From IMG/VR virus record IMGVR_UViG_3300024346_000009: DNA of 64,000 bases. The stretch is one strand, 5' to 3'. Positions 26,878 to 36,643 of the stretch are shown in pieces; positions within the stretch are counted from its first letter, which is position 1, and each line of letters opens with the position of its first letter. Both the position numbers and the translations under genes were made by a program. Origin of the DNA: a virus. The notes beneath the pieces are model-generated. The model had not been told where the DNA came from and did no database searches. It saw nothing but the letters and a program-made list of their open reading frames with translations.

Positions 26878-28254
26878 ATGGCAACAAGCGAAGGTCTGCA
26901 AAAAGCTGGTCAGGTAAATATTGAACAGCTTAAGCTAATTAACTGTACGGACATTATTACCGATCTTACAGAATTTATAGTTGAGTTAAATATATTTGAA
27001 GATATTTTCTCAAACTACTTATATGGTAATATTATACTTACGGATAGTAGAAATTTAATTGAGAAGCTTAACATCCATGGTGAAGAGTTTTTAAATGTTA
27101 AACTTAGAACACCATCATTTAGTGATAAAGATGTAATTGAGAAGACCTTTAGAATATATAAACTAACGGACCGGGAGATTGTTAGAGATACTAATACTCA
27201 GACGTATACCTTACATTTTGTCTCAATTGAAGTTTTTTATGATGTACTCCTACCATTATTTGTACCATTTGAGGGAGATATGATCGATGTTGTTGCGGAT
27301 ATATTTTCTAATTATGTAGCTTCTTCTCGCAATTTTAATACCTCGGAAAACGAAACAAGCGTTACAGAAAATGAAAAAGTAACTGAACTTATTATTATGG
27401 ATGAAGCTTCTAACAAGGTTAAGTTTATATCACCGGGGTGGACAGCATTTAAATGTATAAATTGGTTAGCTACTAAATCTCTACCTAAAACTACTACTGC
27501 TGCCAACTTTATATTTTTTGAATCAAATAAAAACTTTTATTTTGGTACACTAGAGAATTTATTTAAAGATGCAAGCTTAAATAATAATTATATTGGTCGT
27601 TATCATATTGCAGCATCTAATATTAGATCTGATGAAGGCACAACGGATGTTAATAGAGAATTGTTTCTCGCTCAAGATGTTGTAATGTCAGAAACTGCAG
27701 ACTACATTAAAAATTATACTAACGGTTACTTAGGTAGTCGATTGATATACCTCGATATGTATAACAAGGAATACCAGCAAATTGATTACGATCATGTAAG
27801 TAATTATAAAAATCAATTTCACATATCTGGCCCTGGCGCAACTGCTATACCTACATTCAGTCAAGAAACGTTTGTAAATTTTGCTTCCAGTATTAGCTTT
27901 TATCCAAAAAATCCAAAACTCTTTAATGACTTCCCAGACAACATAAGTGAGAAGATGGGACAGATTCACGGTAACAGATTATCAAGTATGTTAGAGTTAA
28001 CAAATATTAAAATGGTTATGACAGTACCAGGTAGAACAGATGTTGAGATTGGTAGAATATTATACTTTGACTACCCTGCGCTTGGACCTAAAGACGCAAC
28101 AGACAAGGTTCTTGGTGCACAGGATAAACAATATTCAGGTTATTATTTTATAACTGCTATTCACCATAAAATAAATAAAAATGAACACAAAATGACTATG
28201 GAAGTTGTTAAGGATTCTTTATATGTTGATGTCGATAGTAATAGTAAGGGTTAA
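26878..28254 (+). CDS. Baseplate hub protein (gp27-like)
   Basis: IFEDIFS..LYG.I.LTD, FIFFE, SGYYFITAIHHK; position immediately before gp5. Confidence 0.65.
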   Translation: MATSEGLQKAGQVNIEQLKLINCTDIITDLTEFIVELNIFEDIFSNYLYGNIILTDSRNLIEKLNIHGEEFLNVKLRTPSFSDKDVIEKTFRIYKLTDREIVRDTNTQTYTLHFVSIEVFYDVLLPLFVPFEGDMIDVVADIFSNYVASSRNFNTSENETSVTENEKVTELIIMDEASNKVKFISPGWTAFKCINWLATKSLPKTTTAANFIFFESNKNFYFGTLENLFKDASLNNNYIGRYHIAASNIRSDEGTTDVNRELFLAQDVVMSETADYIKNYTNGYLGSRLIYLDMYNKEYQQIDYDHVSNYKNQFHISGPGATAIPTFSQETFVNFASSISFYPKNPKLFNDFPDNISEKMGQIHGNRLSSMLELTNIKMVMTVPGRTDVEIGRILYFDYPALGPKDATDKVLGAQDKQYSGYYFITAIHHKINKNEHKMTMEVVKDSLYVDVDSNSKG

Positions 28255-28256
28255 TT

Positions 28257-29342
28257 ATGCAAAGAATATTTAATAAGGATGGGTTTAACTGGTGGATTGG
28301 GGTTGTTGAGGACCGGATGGATCCGGAAAGACTTGGTAGGTGTAGGGTACGTATATTTGGTTATCATACTGATAGTCAGGAATTACTTCCAACTAAAAGC
28401 CTACCCTGGGCAATTCCAATACAGCCTATTACATCAGCAGCTATTTCAGGTATTGGCTCTTCCCCTGTTGGTCCTGTAAACGGTACATGGGTTATTGGTT
28501 TCTTCCTTGATGGGGAAGACATGCAGCAACCAGCTATGTTTGGTACTATTGCTACAAAAGCGGCTAAAGGTGCATTTAAGCAGACAGCTGAGCCACCAGA
28601 GGTTACCAATCCTTCTGATGGTATCTTAAAAGATGGGTCCGGTAACCCCGTGGTAGATGGTCAAGGTGAACCCGTTAGAGCAGGCACTCCCAAGGTAGAG
28701 GGGTGGGTTCTGGGACAGACATCTGAAAGGTATGAATCTGGGGGAAAGGGACCTGGTGTAATAAATGCTTACGTGGGCGCAGCTGGTGGGGATCTTGGTG
28801 GAGCATCTTATGGTACGTATCAATTTGCATCTTATCTACCGGAAGTAATGGCAAGTGGAAAAGCAAGACCTTCTGCTAAAGCTTCACCTGTAATGCAATA
28901 TCTCGGCAGTTCAAAGTTTAAAGATAAGTTTGCCGGGCTTGTACCTGCAACAGCAGGGTTTGACACTAAATGGAGAGAAATTGCATCAACGAATACAGCC
29001 GAGTTTAATGAAGACCAGCATGAGTATATTAAACGTAAGTACTATGATGTGGCGGTTGCTAATCTACAACGGTCAAGATTAGATCTAACTAAGTACGGCC
29101 CGGCTGTTCAAGATTTAATTTGGTCGACAGCTGTTCAATTTGGACCTGCCAATACAACAGCATTTCGCGAAACCCTTCTAGGTAAGAGTCAACTTACTGA
29201 TAAAGATATTGTTACATTGGTGAGCGAATGGAAGATAAAGAATGTAGATGTTTTGTTTAAATCAAGTTCACAATCTATTAGAGATGGTGTTAAGAGTAGA
29301 TACCAATCAGAAAAAGCAGCCTTACTAGGATTAATTAAATAA
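28257..29342 (+). CDS. gp5 N-terminal half: OB fold plus VgrG3-like lysozyme domain
   Basis: WWIGVVEDRMDP..LGRCRVRIFGYH, LPWA, GTWVIGFFLDG; C-terminal RYESGG...GGASYGTYQF...WSTAVQFGP. Confidence 0.8.
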   Translation: MQRIFNKDGFNWWIGVVEDRMDPERLGRCRVRIFGYHTDSQELLPTKSLPWAIPIQPITSAAISGIGSSPVGPVNGTWVIGFFLDGEDMQQPAMFGTIATKAAKGAFKQTAEPPEVTNPSDGILKDGSGNPVVDGQGEPVRAGTPKVEGWVLGQTSERYESGGKGPGVINAYVGAAGGDLGGASYGTYQFASYLPEVMASGKARPSAKASPVMQYLGSSKFKDKFAGLVPATAGFDTKWREIASTNTAEFNEDQHEYIKRKYYDVAVANLQRSRLDLTKYGPAVQDLIWSTAVQFGPANTTAFRETLLGKSQLTDKDIVTLVSEWKIKNVDVLFKSSSQSIRDGVKSRYQSEKAALLGLIK

Positions 29343-31675
29343 TGGATCCATTAATTACAACGCAAATTAAAGGTGTACTTGAAAATAGTATCTTTAATAA
29401 AATAAATGCGCTTAACCTTAACATTCCTAATGCCACCCTCCGTGCTATTGTTTCACGAGTAGCAGAGGAAACATCATCCTCGGTTGTTAAGGGGGTTGGT
29501 ACTACAGCAAACTTTCAACTTACTGATATTCCTAAGAATCTTATAGGAGGGATAAATCCGGTTGATATAGTTACTGGCAATCAAGGTCCTGCAGGTCTTA
29601 CAAATAATCTAGATGGAATATTACAAACCCAGCTATCTGGTCAAATGACAGATAAAGTTGTAACGGCTATACAAAATCAACTTAGATTAAATCTACCTAA
29701 AGACAAATTTAATATTATTAACTTTGATAATTTAAGTTCAAACCTGGTACAGAGCTTAACCCCTACAATTGGTAAATCAATTACAGCAGCGCTCGGTGGG
29801 TTTGCAAATGCTGTGTTTAGCCGTGGTACAACACCACCATCAACGATATCAAATATTGATTCCTATTTTGCTGCAGGAACTTCCGACCAAGCAATGACAA
29901 ATGTAGACGAAGCTTTTACAAGTGTAACTGCCGATTTAGCATTAGAAGAATCGAAAAGGTTCAGTATTGATACAGTGGAGAACAATGAGAAGCTTGCTGT
30001 ACTCGAGAAGGGGTTTCAAGACCCTGGTGCCACATACCCTACAAAAGAATATTCCGGTATGTCGGAGACAAATAAATTAGCACAGGGTGATGTAAGAGGT
30101 ACGATCGTACAAAAGAAAAATCAAGCCAGGATGATTGGTGCAAAGCTTCCATTTGGTGAAGCATGGGATCAACCTGAATCTGCTTTCAGAGGCGCATATC
30201 CATACAATAAAGTAACCGAAACAGAATCCGGCCATGTGATTGAGGTAGATGATACCCCGGGGTCTGAACGACTTCATATCTATCATAGGTCAGGTACGTT
30301 TATAGAAATTGATGCTAATGGATCGGTAGTAAAAAGAGCGGTCGGATCGTCGTACGAGATTATAGACAAGAACGGTAAGATTGCAATTAGTGGTAAGGCA
30401 GATATTTCTGTTAATGGTGAGTGCAATATCTTTGTTGGTAATGATGCAAATATCGAAGTTGAGGGTGATGTGAATCTTACCTGTCATAATGACATTACCG
30501 CACAGGCGGGCGGCACTTTAAACCTATCAGCAACAGAAGAGGTTAACATTACAGGTGCTAATGTTAACGTTCAAGCATACGAAGTCTTGAATATGACTTC
30601 AAACACAGCATTAAATCTACATGCCACAGAAGATATTAACATGCTTGCAAATACAAGCATTTATGTACAAGCTGTCTCTGTATATCAGAATACAACTACA
30701 ACATATAACCAAGCAGATAATTTCTACAATTATGCTAATGAAAGTATTTTCACCCAGGCAGAACAAGATATTAATACCAAGGCAGCTGGTGATTTAAAGA
30801 ACCAGGCTACAGGGGTAATTAGTAATAAAGCGGGGGGTGAGTTTACGGCGGATGGTAATGAAACACATTTACAATCCGGTCATTCTGTCGATGCGGAAGA
30901 TTCACTTACCAGTGAGCCTGCTGCAATTGCGGGTATATCTAATATAGGTATTTTATCAGGTCGTAAAGATATTAGCTATATCGATATTAGCGATCCTCAG
31001 GCAATGACCCTTGCTGATAATAAATCATTGTTATTGGAAGAGCAAACTCAGACAGGTCAGGATTATACTAATCAAAAGAATCTTATTATCAGTGGTGGTT
31101 ATGCAACTGCAGCTGATATCGATAAAGGTCCAGTTGCTGTAGATAGTACCTCTGTACAGTCTACACAAGGTACGACTGTGGCGCAAGATGAAAATCTTAA
31201 GAAGGCAACCCAGCTTCCAGGTAATTATAATATCTCCCCTAACTTTACAATTGAGATGCTCTCCAATAAAGCAGCGGTGACAAGGGATGTTATTCAAGCT
31301 CAAGCAGGTCTAACATATGGAGAGATTGTGTATAACTTACAAGGGTTAGCACTCAACGTACTTGAGCCAGTTAAAAAGTTATATCCAAATATGTTTGTAA
31401 CCTCGGCATTTAGACTACCGGGTAATAACGCTACATCTCAACACCCAAAAGGGCTAGCAGCAGATATTCAGTTTAAAGGTGCTACTAAGAAAGAGTATTA
31501 CGAAATTGCTCAACAGATAGCTAAAGTACTACGTTATGATCAGTTCTTACTTGAGTATTGTAACTACACTAATAATCCATGGATTCATATATCGTTTACA
31601 CCTACTAATAGATTACAAGTACTTACTTTCTTCAACCACAAGACCCATTCCCAGGGCTTAACACAGTTAGCATAA
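29342..31675 (+). CDS. gp5 C-terminal half: spike beta-helix plus peptidase M15 domain
   Basis: YPYNKVTETESGHVIEVDDTPGSERLHIYHRSGTF, beta-helix repeats, and C-terminal TSAFR..SQHPKGLAADI..WIHIS. Confidence 0.82.
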   Translation: MDPLITTQIKGVLENSIFNKINALNLNIPNATLRAIVSRVAEETSSSVVKGVGTTANFQLTDIPKNLIGGINPVDIVTGNQGPAGLTNNLDGILQTQLSGQMTDKVVTAIQNQLRLNLPKDKFNIINFDNLSSNLVQSLTPTIGKSITAALGGFANAVFSRGTTPPSTISNIDSYFAAGTSDQAMTNVDEAFTSVTADLALEESKRFSIDTVENNEKLAVLEKGFQDPGATYPTKEYSGMSETNKLAQGDVRGTIVQKKNQARMIGAKLPFGEAWDQPESAFRGAYPYNKVTETESGHVIEVDDTPGSERLHIYHRSGTFIEIDANGSVVKRAVGSSYEIIDKNGKIAISGKADISVNGECNIFVGNDANIEVEGDVNLTCHNDITAQAGGTLNLSATEEVNITGANVNVQAYEVLNMTSNTALNLHATEDINMLANTSIYVQAVSVYQNTTTTYNQADNFYNYANESIFTQAEQDINTKAAGDLKNQATGVISNKAGGEFTADGNETHLQSGHSVDAEDSLTSEPAAIAGISNIGILSGRKDISYIDISDPQAMTLADNKSLLLEEQTQTGQDYTNQKNLIISGGYATAADIDKGPVAVDSTSVQSTQGTTVAQDENLKKATQLPGNYNISPNFTIEMLSNKAAVTRDVIQAQAGLTYGEIVYNLQGLALNVLEPVKKLYPNMFVTSAFRLPGNNATSQHPKGLAADIQFKGATKKEYYEIAQQIAKVLRYDQFLLEYCNYTNNPWIHISFTPTNRLQVLTFFNHKTHSQGLTQLA

Positions 31676-31920
31676 TGGCAAGAGTAGCAAGAATTGGTGA
31701 TAAAGACACCAGGAATGACACGAAGAATATTGGAAGTTCTACCGTTTTTGCAAATGGGATTGGTGTTGTTCGTATTGGAGATAGGGACACACGAATGGAT
31801 ACAATGGTAGAGGCAAGCTCTACTGTCTTTGCAAATGGAGTTAGGGTTTGTAGATTAGGAGATAAGGACACAAGAAACGATAGTATCCGAGAGGGAAGCT
31901 CAGACGTGTTCGTGGGCTGA
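31675..31920 (+). CDS. PAAR-like spike tip (gp5.4-like)
   Basis: Three (A/V/C)R(I/L)GD repeats with GSSTVFANG; lies between gp5 and gp25. Confidence 0.82.
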   Translation: MARVARIGDKDTRNDTKNIGSSTVFANGIGVVRIGDRDTRMDTMVEASSTVFANGVRVCRLGDKDTRNDSIREGSSDVFVG

Positions 31921-31928
31921 TATAAATA
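31921..31928 (+). promoter_or_regulatory. T4-type late promoter
   Basis: TATAAATA immediately before gp25. Confidence 0.75.
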
Positions 31929-31933
31929 TAAAC

Positions 31934-32329
31934 ATGGCAACCAGAACTACAAGACAATACTCTGACTTTAACCTTCTCTTTACAAGACATCCCGTCACTG
32001 GAGATGTGGCAAAGAAGAATGATGAAGAATCAGTTAAAGCTTCTCTTAGGAATTTGATTTCTACGAAGCACTACGAGCGTCCCTTTCACCCTGAAATAGG
32101 GTGTCAAATATACAGTATGTTGTTCGAGAACTTTACCCCTGTAACAGTACAGGTTATGAAGCAAACCATTTTTGATGTAATTAACAAATTTGAACCAAGA
32201 GCTACAGTATTAGATGTTAATATTCGGGATAGATCAGATCAAAACCAGATTGATCTTGATATTATTTTTAGATTAAATAATTCAGATAAACCTATTACTT
32301 TAACAACCTTCATTACCCGAGTAAGATAA
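31934..32329 (+). CDS. Baseplate wedge protein gp25-like
   Basis: YSDFNLLF..HP, SLRNLIST..YERPFHPEIG, FEPR. Confidence 0.93.
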   Translation: MATRTTRQYSDFNLLFTRHPVTGDVAKKNDEESVKASLRNLISTKHYERPFHPEIGCQIYSMLFENFTPVTVQVMKQTIFDVINKFEPRATVLDVNIRDRSDQNQIDLDIIFRLNNSDKPITLTTFITRVR

Positions 32330-34176
32330 TGTCAAATTTAAGAATTGCAGAGCTCGACTTTGATCAGATCAAGCTTAATTTAAAAACCTTCATGGAAGCT
32401 CAGGATGAGTTTACAGACTATGATTTTGAAGGATCCAGCCTATCGGTGTTAATGGATTTGTTAGCTTATAATACTCATTATAATGCCTATCTCGCTAACA
32501 TGTTAATGAATGAAATGTTTCTTGATTCTGCAGTTAAAAGATCTTCTGCTGTTTCTATTGCCAAGCATTTGGGCTATACACCGACATCTGTTCGAGGTGC
32601 TGTAGCAGATTTAAGTGTAGTTATTACAAGCCCTACCGGTCTCCCTCCTACATTAACAATGGATCGGTACACCCAGTTTACATCTACAATCGATGGTACA
32701 GCATTTACATTCTCTACAAATGCTGCAGCAACTGCACTTAGAGTTGGTACTACCTATACGTTTCCTTCTGTGGAGGCTATTGAAGGAAATGTCTTAGCAT
32801 ATAATTATGTTGCTACCGATATAACACCTGATACAAAGTATGAGATACCAAGCACCGGGGTTGATACTACCACCCTACAGGTAACAGTACAGACGTCTGC
32901 AACAGATACAACAACAAGTATTTACAATCTTGCCACTGATATAACAGGTATTGATGGTACCTCAAAAATATTCTTTCTCGAACAAAACAGCCAGGAAAAA
33001 TATCAAATATACTTTGGTGATGGTATTATTGGTAAAAGCCTAACCGCTGGTAATATTATTACCGTACGTTATATAGTATCCTCAGGAACATCAGCTAATG
33101 TATCTGGTACAACAAGCCAGTCTTTTACCGCATTGGGAAGTATTGGTGGTGCGGCCTCAGTAGCGGTTACTGTTAACAGTAACTCCTCTGGTGGTGCAGA
33201 CGCTGAAAGCATTTCATCAATTAAGTTTAACGCACCAAAGGTAAATGCTGCAGGAAATAGGCTTGTGACAGCAGCAGATTATGAAGCGTTAATTACCGCC
33301 CAGTACACCAACTTTGAATCAGTATCGGTATGGGGAGGAGAAGAAAACGACCCACCTATCTACGGTAAAGTTATTATATCTTTGAAACCATTCAATGGGT
33401 ATACTATTTCTGATGATACAAAAGATGCAATTATTAGAAACACGTTAACCAACAAAAAAGTATTAGCTATTCAACCTATGTTTGTTGACCCGGTGTATCT
33501 GTACATCAACCTTACGACAAACGTTACATATAATCCATCCATTACCACACTTACTGCAGATGGTGTAAAGGCATTAGTTGACGATGCCATTACTAATTAT
33601 TTTTCAACTGAACTACAAAAATTTAATAAATCATACAATCAATCAACTTTAATCGGTAGTATCCGGGATGCAAACCCTGCAATTACATCTGTTAAATTAA
33701 TTGAAAAATTGCAAAGAAGACTTACAGTTGTTTTAAATATACCAAATGTCTATAGCGCTGCCACATCTATTAAATATAGAAACTCTATTCAACCGGGCTA
33801 TGTATCATCAAGTTACTTTTATGTGGTAGTTGGAGGTGTAAGTGTACTCGTACAAATCGTTGATTCACCTGATGACTCACCTCCAGATATCAATGGAATG
33901 GGTACATTAAAACTTGTTAATGCTGTAACGGGGGCTACGGTAAACACCAACATAGGTACTGTAGATTACAGGAATGGTATATTAAGTATAACCGAAATAA
34001 CCCCTACAGGTTTCCCTGTCGATATTAAAGAAATAAACATTACGTGTGGTCTACAGACTACGGGTATAGATTTAAGTATATCTAAAAATGAAATCTTTGT
34101 TATTGACGACTCAACACTAAATGCTCTTGGTGGTCTAGCAGCAGGTGCTGTTATTAACATGACAGCAACAGTATAA
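32329..34176 (+). CDS. Baseplate wedge protein gp6-like
   Basis: ELDFDQIK, DYDFEGS, LAYNTHYNA, FGDGIIG, RLVTAADY, WGGEENDPP.YGKV. Confidence 0.93.
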   Translation: MSNLRIAELDFDQIKLNLKTFMEAQDEFTDYDFEGSSLSVLMDLLAYNTHYNAYLANMLMNEMFLDSAVKRSSAVSIAKHLGYTPTSVRGAVADLSVVITSPTGLPPTLTMDRYTQFTSTIDGTAFTFSTNAAATALRVGTTYTFPSVEAIEGNVLAYNYVATDITPDTKYEIPSTGVDTTTLQVTVQTSATDTTTSIYNLATDITGIDGTSKIFFLEQNSQEKYQIYFGDGIIGKSLTAGNIITVRYIVSSGTSANVSGTTSQSFTALGSIGGAASVAVTVNSNSSGGADAESISSIKFNAPKVNAAGNRLVTAADYEALITAQYTNFESVSVWGGEENDPPIYGKVIISLKPFNGYTISDDTKDAIIRNTLTNKKVLAIQPMFVDPVYLYINLTTNVTYNPSITTLTADGVKALVDDAITNYFSTELQKFNKSYNQSTLIGSIRDANPAITSVKLIEKLQRRLTVVLNIPNVYSAATSIKYRNSIQPGYVSSSYFYVVVGGVSVLVQIVDSPDDSPPDINGMGTLKLVNAVTGATVNTNIGTVDYRNGILSITEITPTGFPVDIKEINITCGLQTTGIDLSISKNEIFVIDDSTLNALGGLAAGAVINMTATV

Positions 34177-34179
34177 GCA

Positions 34180-36177
34180 ATGGCTACAACAAGAATTCGG
34201 GATAAGATATCGACGCTGGTTAGAAACCAGCTGCCGGAGTTTATTCGTTCCGATTACCCACTTTTTGTAACATTTATTGAAGCCTATTATCGATTTCTAG
34301 AACAAGATCAAGGTGCTCTTGAAATTGTACAGAATGCTAAGTCATACAACGATATCGATGTAACGGCTGAGTCTTTTGTTAATTATTTTCTTGCTAATTA
34401 TGCACAAAATATTCCACACTCTGTATTAACTAATAAAAGATTAGTTATAAAGCGGGTTCGTGACTTATATGAATCTAAAGGTAGTGAGATATCTTTTAAG
34501 CTACTATTTCAACTTCTTTACAACGAACCGGTATCGCTTAGTTACCCATACGATAATGTACTACGAGCTTCTGCTGGTACATGGGTGCAAAAAACTACCG
34601 TTCGTGTACTAATGTCTGAGGGTAGTGCTGAGGATATTGCAGATCGATATCTCGATTTAACTAAAAATAATTTAAACTATCGCACATCTATAATTAATGT
34701 CAAATTAATTATACCAGATTTATATGAACTAACTTTAAACCAGAATGAACTTGGTCCATTTGAAGTAGATGATGTTGTTACAGTTAATGACGGGAGTGAC
34801 ATTATTTTTGAAGGTGCTATTTCAGGTACAACATCTGGACATACTGTACTTACACCGGGACAAAACTTTAGAGTAGCTCAAATATTTAACGTTAATATTG
34901 GCGGTGCGATAGGTACCCAGCTTCAAGTACTCGCAGTTGATAGTAATGGTGGTATTACAAAGATAAGAATTATAAGTTTTGGATACAATTTTGATAGGGA
35001 TGTAAGTGTTAACTTGTATGCAAATAGTAGTATTGCAACAGTTACACAAGGTAAAAAATCAAACACTTTAGGGTTTGTAGATAGGCTTAGAATTTTAGGT
35101 GGATTTAGTGTAGGGGACCCTAATCGATATTTTGACACAGACTATAACACAGATGCAGGATTACCGTATACTGGTAAGTCCTTTGGTGATGTAAGTACAA
35201 CAACAACAGTATCAGCGGGGACAGCTGATACAGATATTGACGACACAATTGCTACTGTCTCATTAAGATTAGGAGCCATTGGTAGATTTCCTGGCGCGCA
35301 CACTACAAATAAAGGATTCTTATCAGATGATGTAATTAGACTGCCTGACGATAAACTTTATCAACCATTTGCATACCAAACAGAATCAACTTTAGAAATT
35401 TCTACTTTTTATGATGTTGTGCAGAAACTTATACACCCCGCAGGGCAAAAGCTGTATAACACTCGCGTTCTAGAAAACAGTATAGATGTGACTGCAAATG
35501 TCAGTGTGGTATCTAGTTCGAACATATTTACAGAGTTACGAGACGTATTTACAACACTTGAAACAACAAGCTGGCATCTCACAAAACCATTAAGCGATGA
35601 AGGTACAGTTACAGAGAGTAAAGTCATTACGCTGTACACAGGCTACGCTGATGGTATTTTTGTTGATGAAACTGCTAGTTTAAATACAAGTGTAAGTAAA
35701 ACAGACGATGTTAATATTGTTGATTCTATAACCAATCTACTAATAACCCTTCACATTAACCCGTTTGACCAAGCAGGTACTGAATCAGTTGCGTCAGTAG
35801 AAGACGCACCATACATAGTTTTCTTGGTCGCAATGGTTCCTGATTATGCCAGCGCAACTGATGTACCGGTTATAAATTTTACCGCAGCCTATACCGATGA
35901 GACCGTTATATTAGACACAGCAGTTAACACAATACAAAAATTACTTGAGGATTCTATAGAGGTAACTGAGTCATTAAGCGCTAATACTATAAAGCCCTTA
36001 TCAGATGAAATTATTACTGATGAAGAGCATGCTAAGGCTATTAATTCTAGTATAAATAATACCGATAGCATACTTACAGCAACTGATACAGCGTCATATA
36101 TAGTATTAGACTATGCAGACCCTGCAGAAATATACTTTGATGAATCATATGCTGGTTCAATATATCCATTAACATAA
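34180..36177 (+). CDS. Baseplate wedge protein (gp7-like)
   Basis: QLPEFIRSDYP.FV.FIEAYY, LYESKGSE.SFKLLF, LIHPAG; acidic repetitive C-terminus. Confidence 0.7.
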   Translation: MATTRIRDKISTLVRNQLPEFIRSDYPLFVTFIEAYYRFLEQDQGALEIVQNAKSYNDIDVTAESFVNYFLANYAQNIPHSVLTNKRLVIKRVRDLYESKGSEISFKLLFQLLYNEPVSLSYPYDNVLRASAGTWVQKTTVRVLMSEGSAEDIADRYLDLTKNNLNYRTSIINVKLIIPDLYELTLNQNELGPFEVDDVVTVNDGSDIIFEGAISGTTSGHTVLTPGQNFRVAQIFNVNIGGAIGTQLQVLAVDSNGGITKIRIISFGYNFDRDVSVNLYANSSIATVTQGKKSNTLGFVDRLRILGGFSVGDPNRYFDTDYNTDAGLPYTGKSFGDVSTTTTVSAGTADTDIDDTIATVSLRLGAIGRFPGAHTTNKGFLSDDVIRLPDDKLYQPFAYQTESTLEISTFYDVVQKLIHPAGQKLYNTRVLENSIDVTANVSVVSSSNIFTELRDVFTTLETTSWHLTKPLSDEGTVTESKVITLYTGYADGIFVDETASLNTSVSKTDDVNIVDSITNLLITLHINPFDQAGTESVASVEDAPYIVFLVAMVPDYASATDVPVINFTAAYTDETVILDTAVNTIQKLLEDSIEVTESLSANTIKPLSDEIITDEEHAKAINSSINNTDSILTATDTASYIVLDYADPAEIYFDESYAGSIYPLT

Positions 36178-36192
36178 ACATAAGGAAAAAAC

Positions 36193-36642
36193 ATGTTTAC
36201 AGAGTCAATCGCCTTAAGTGGCAAATTAAAAATTGTAGTACTTGATCAATTCGGTAGTACGAAGGATGAAAGAGATTTAGATAACCTGGTAGTAACAACA
36301 GGTAAAAACGTTATAGCTTCTAGAATGGCTGGTAACACCACCGCTCTTATGAGTCGAATGGGTGTTGGTACCGGTAGTACTGCTGCCCTTGTTTCTGATA
36401 CTTCACTCGGTGCTGCTATAGCATCGGGTAATGTTGTCTTAGATTCTTCAACAGCATCAAACAACACTATTACATATGTAGCTACATTTCCTGCAGGTAC
36501 AGGAACAGGTGCTATCACAGAAGCTGGTATCTTTAATGGGTACCCTGGTGTAGGTTCTATGCTTTGTAGAACAGTATTTTCTGTAGTTAACAAAGGCGCT
36601 AGTGACGTTATTGTTATTACCTGGACTGTAAGTATTTCCTAA
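36193..36642 (+). CDS. Baseplate/tail-fibre-associated structural protein
   Basis: NLVVTTG, MGVGTG, GAITEAGIFN, ITWTV. Confidence 0.65.
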   Translation: MFTESIALSGKLKIVVLDQFGSTKDERDLDNLVVTTGKNVIASRMAGNTTALMSRMGVGTGSTAALVSDTSLGAAIASGNVVLDSSTASNNTITYVATFPAGTGTGAITEAGIFNGYPGVGSMLCRTVFSVVNKGASDVIVITWTVSIS

Positions 36643-36643
36643 T

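Noticed and set aside
29330-29345. Frameshift fusing the two gp5 halves
   Set aside because: No X XXY YYZ heptamer; the TAATG overlap is ordinary translational coupling.
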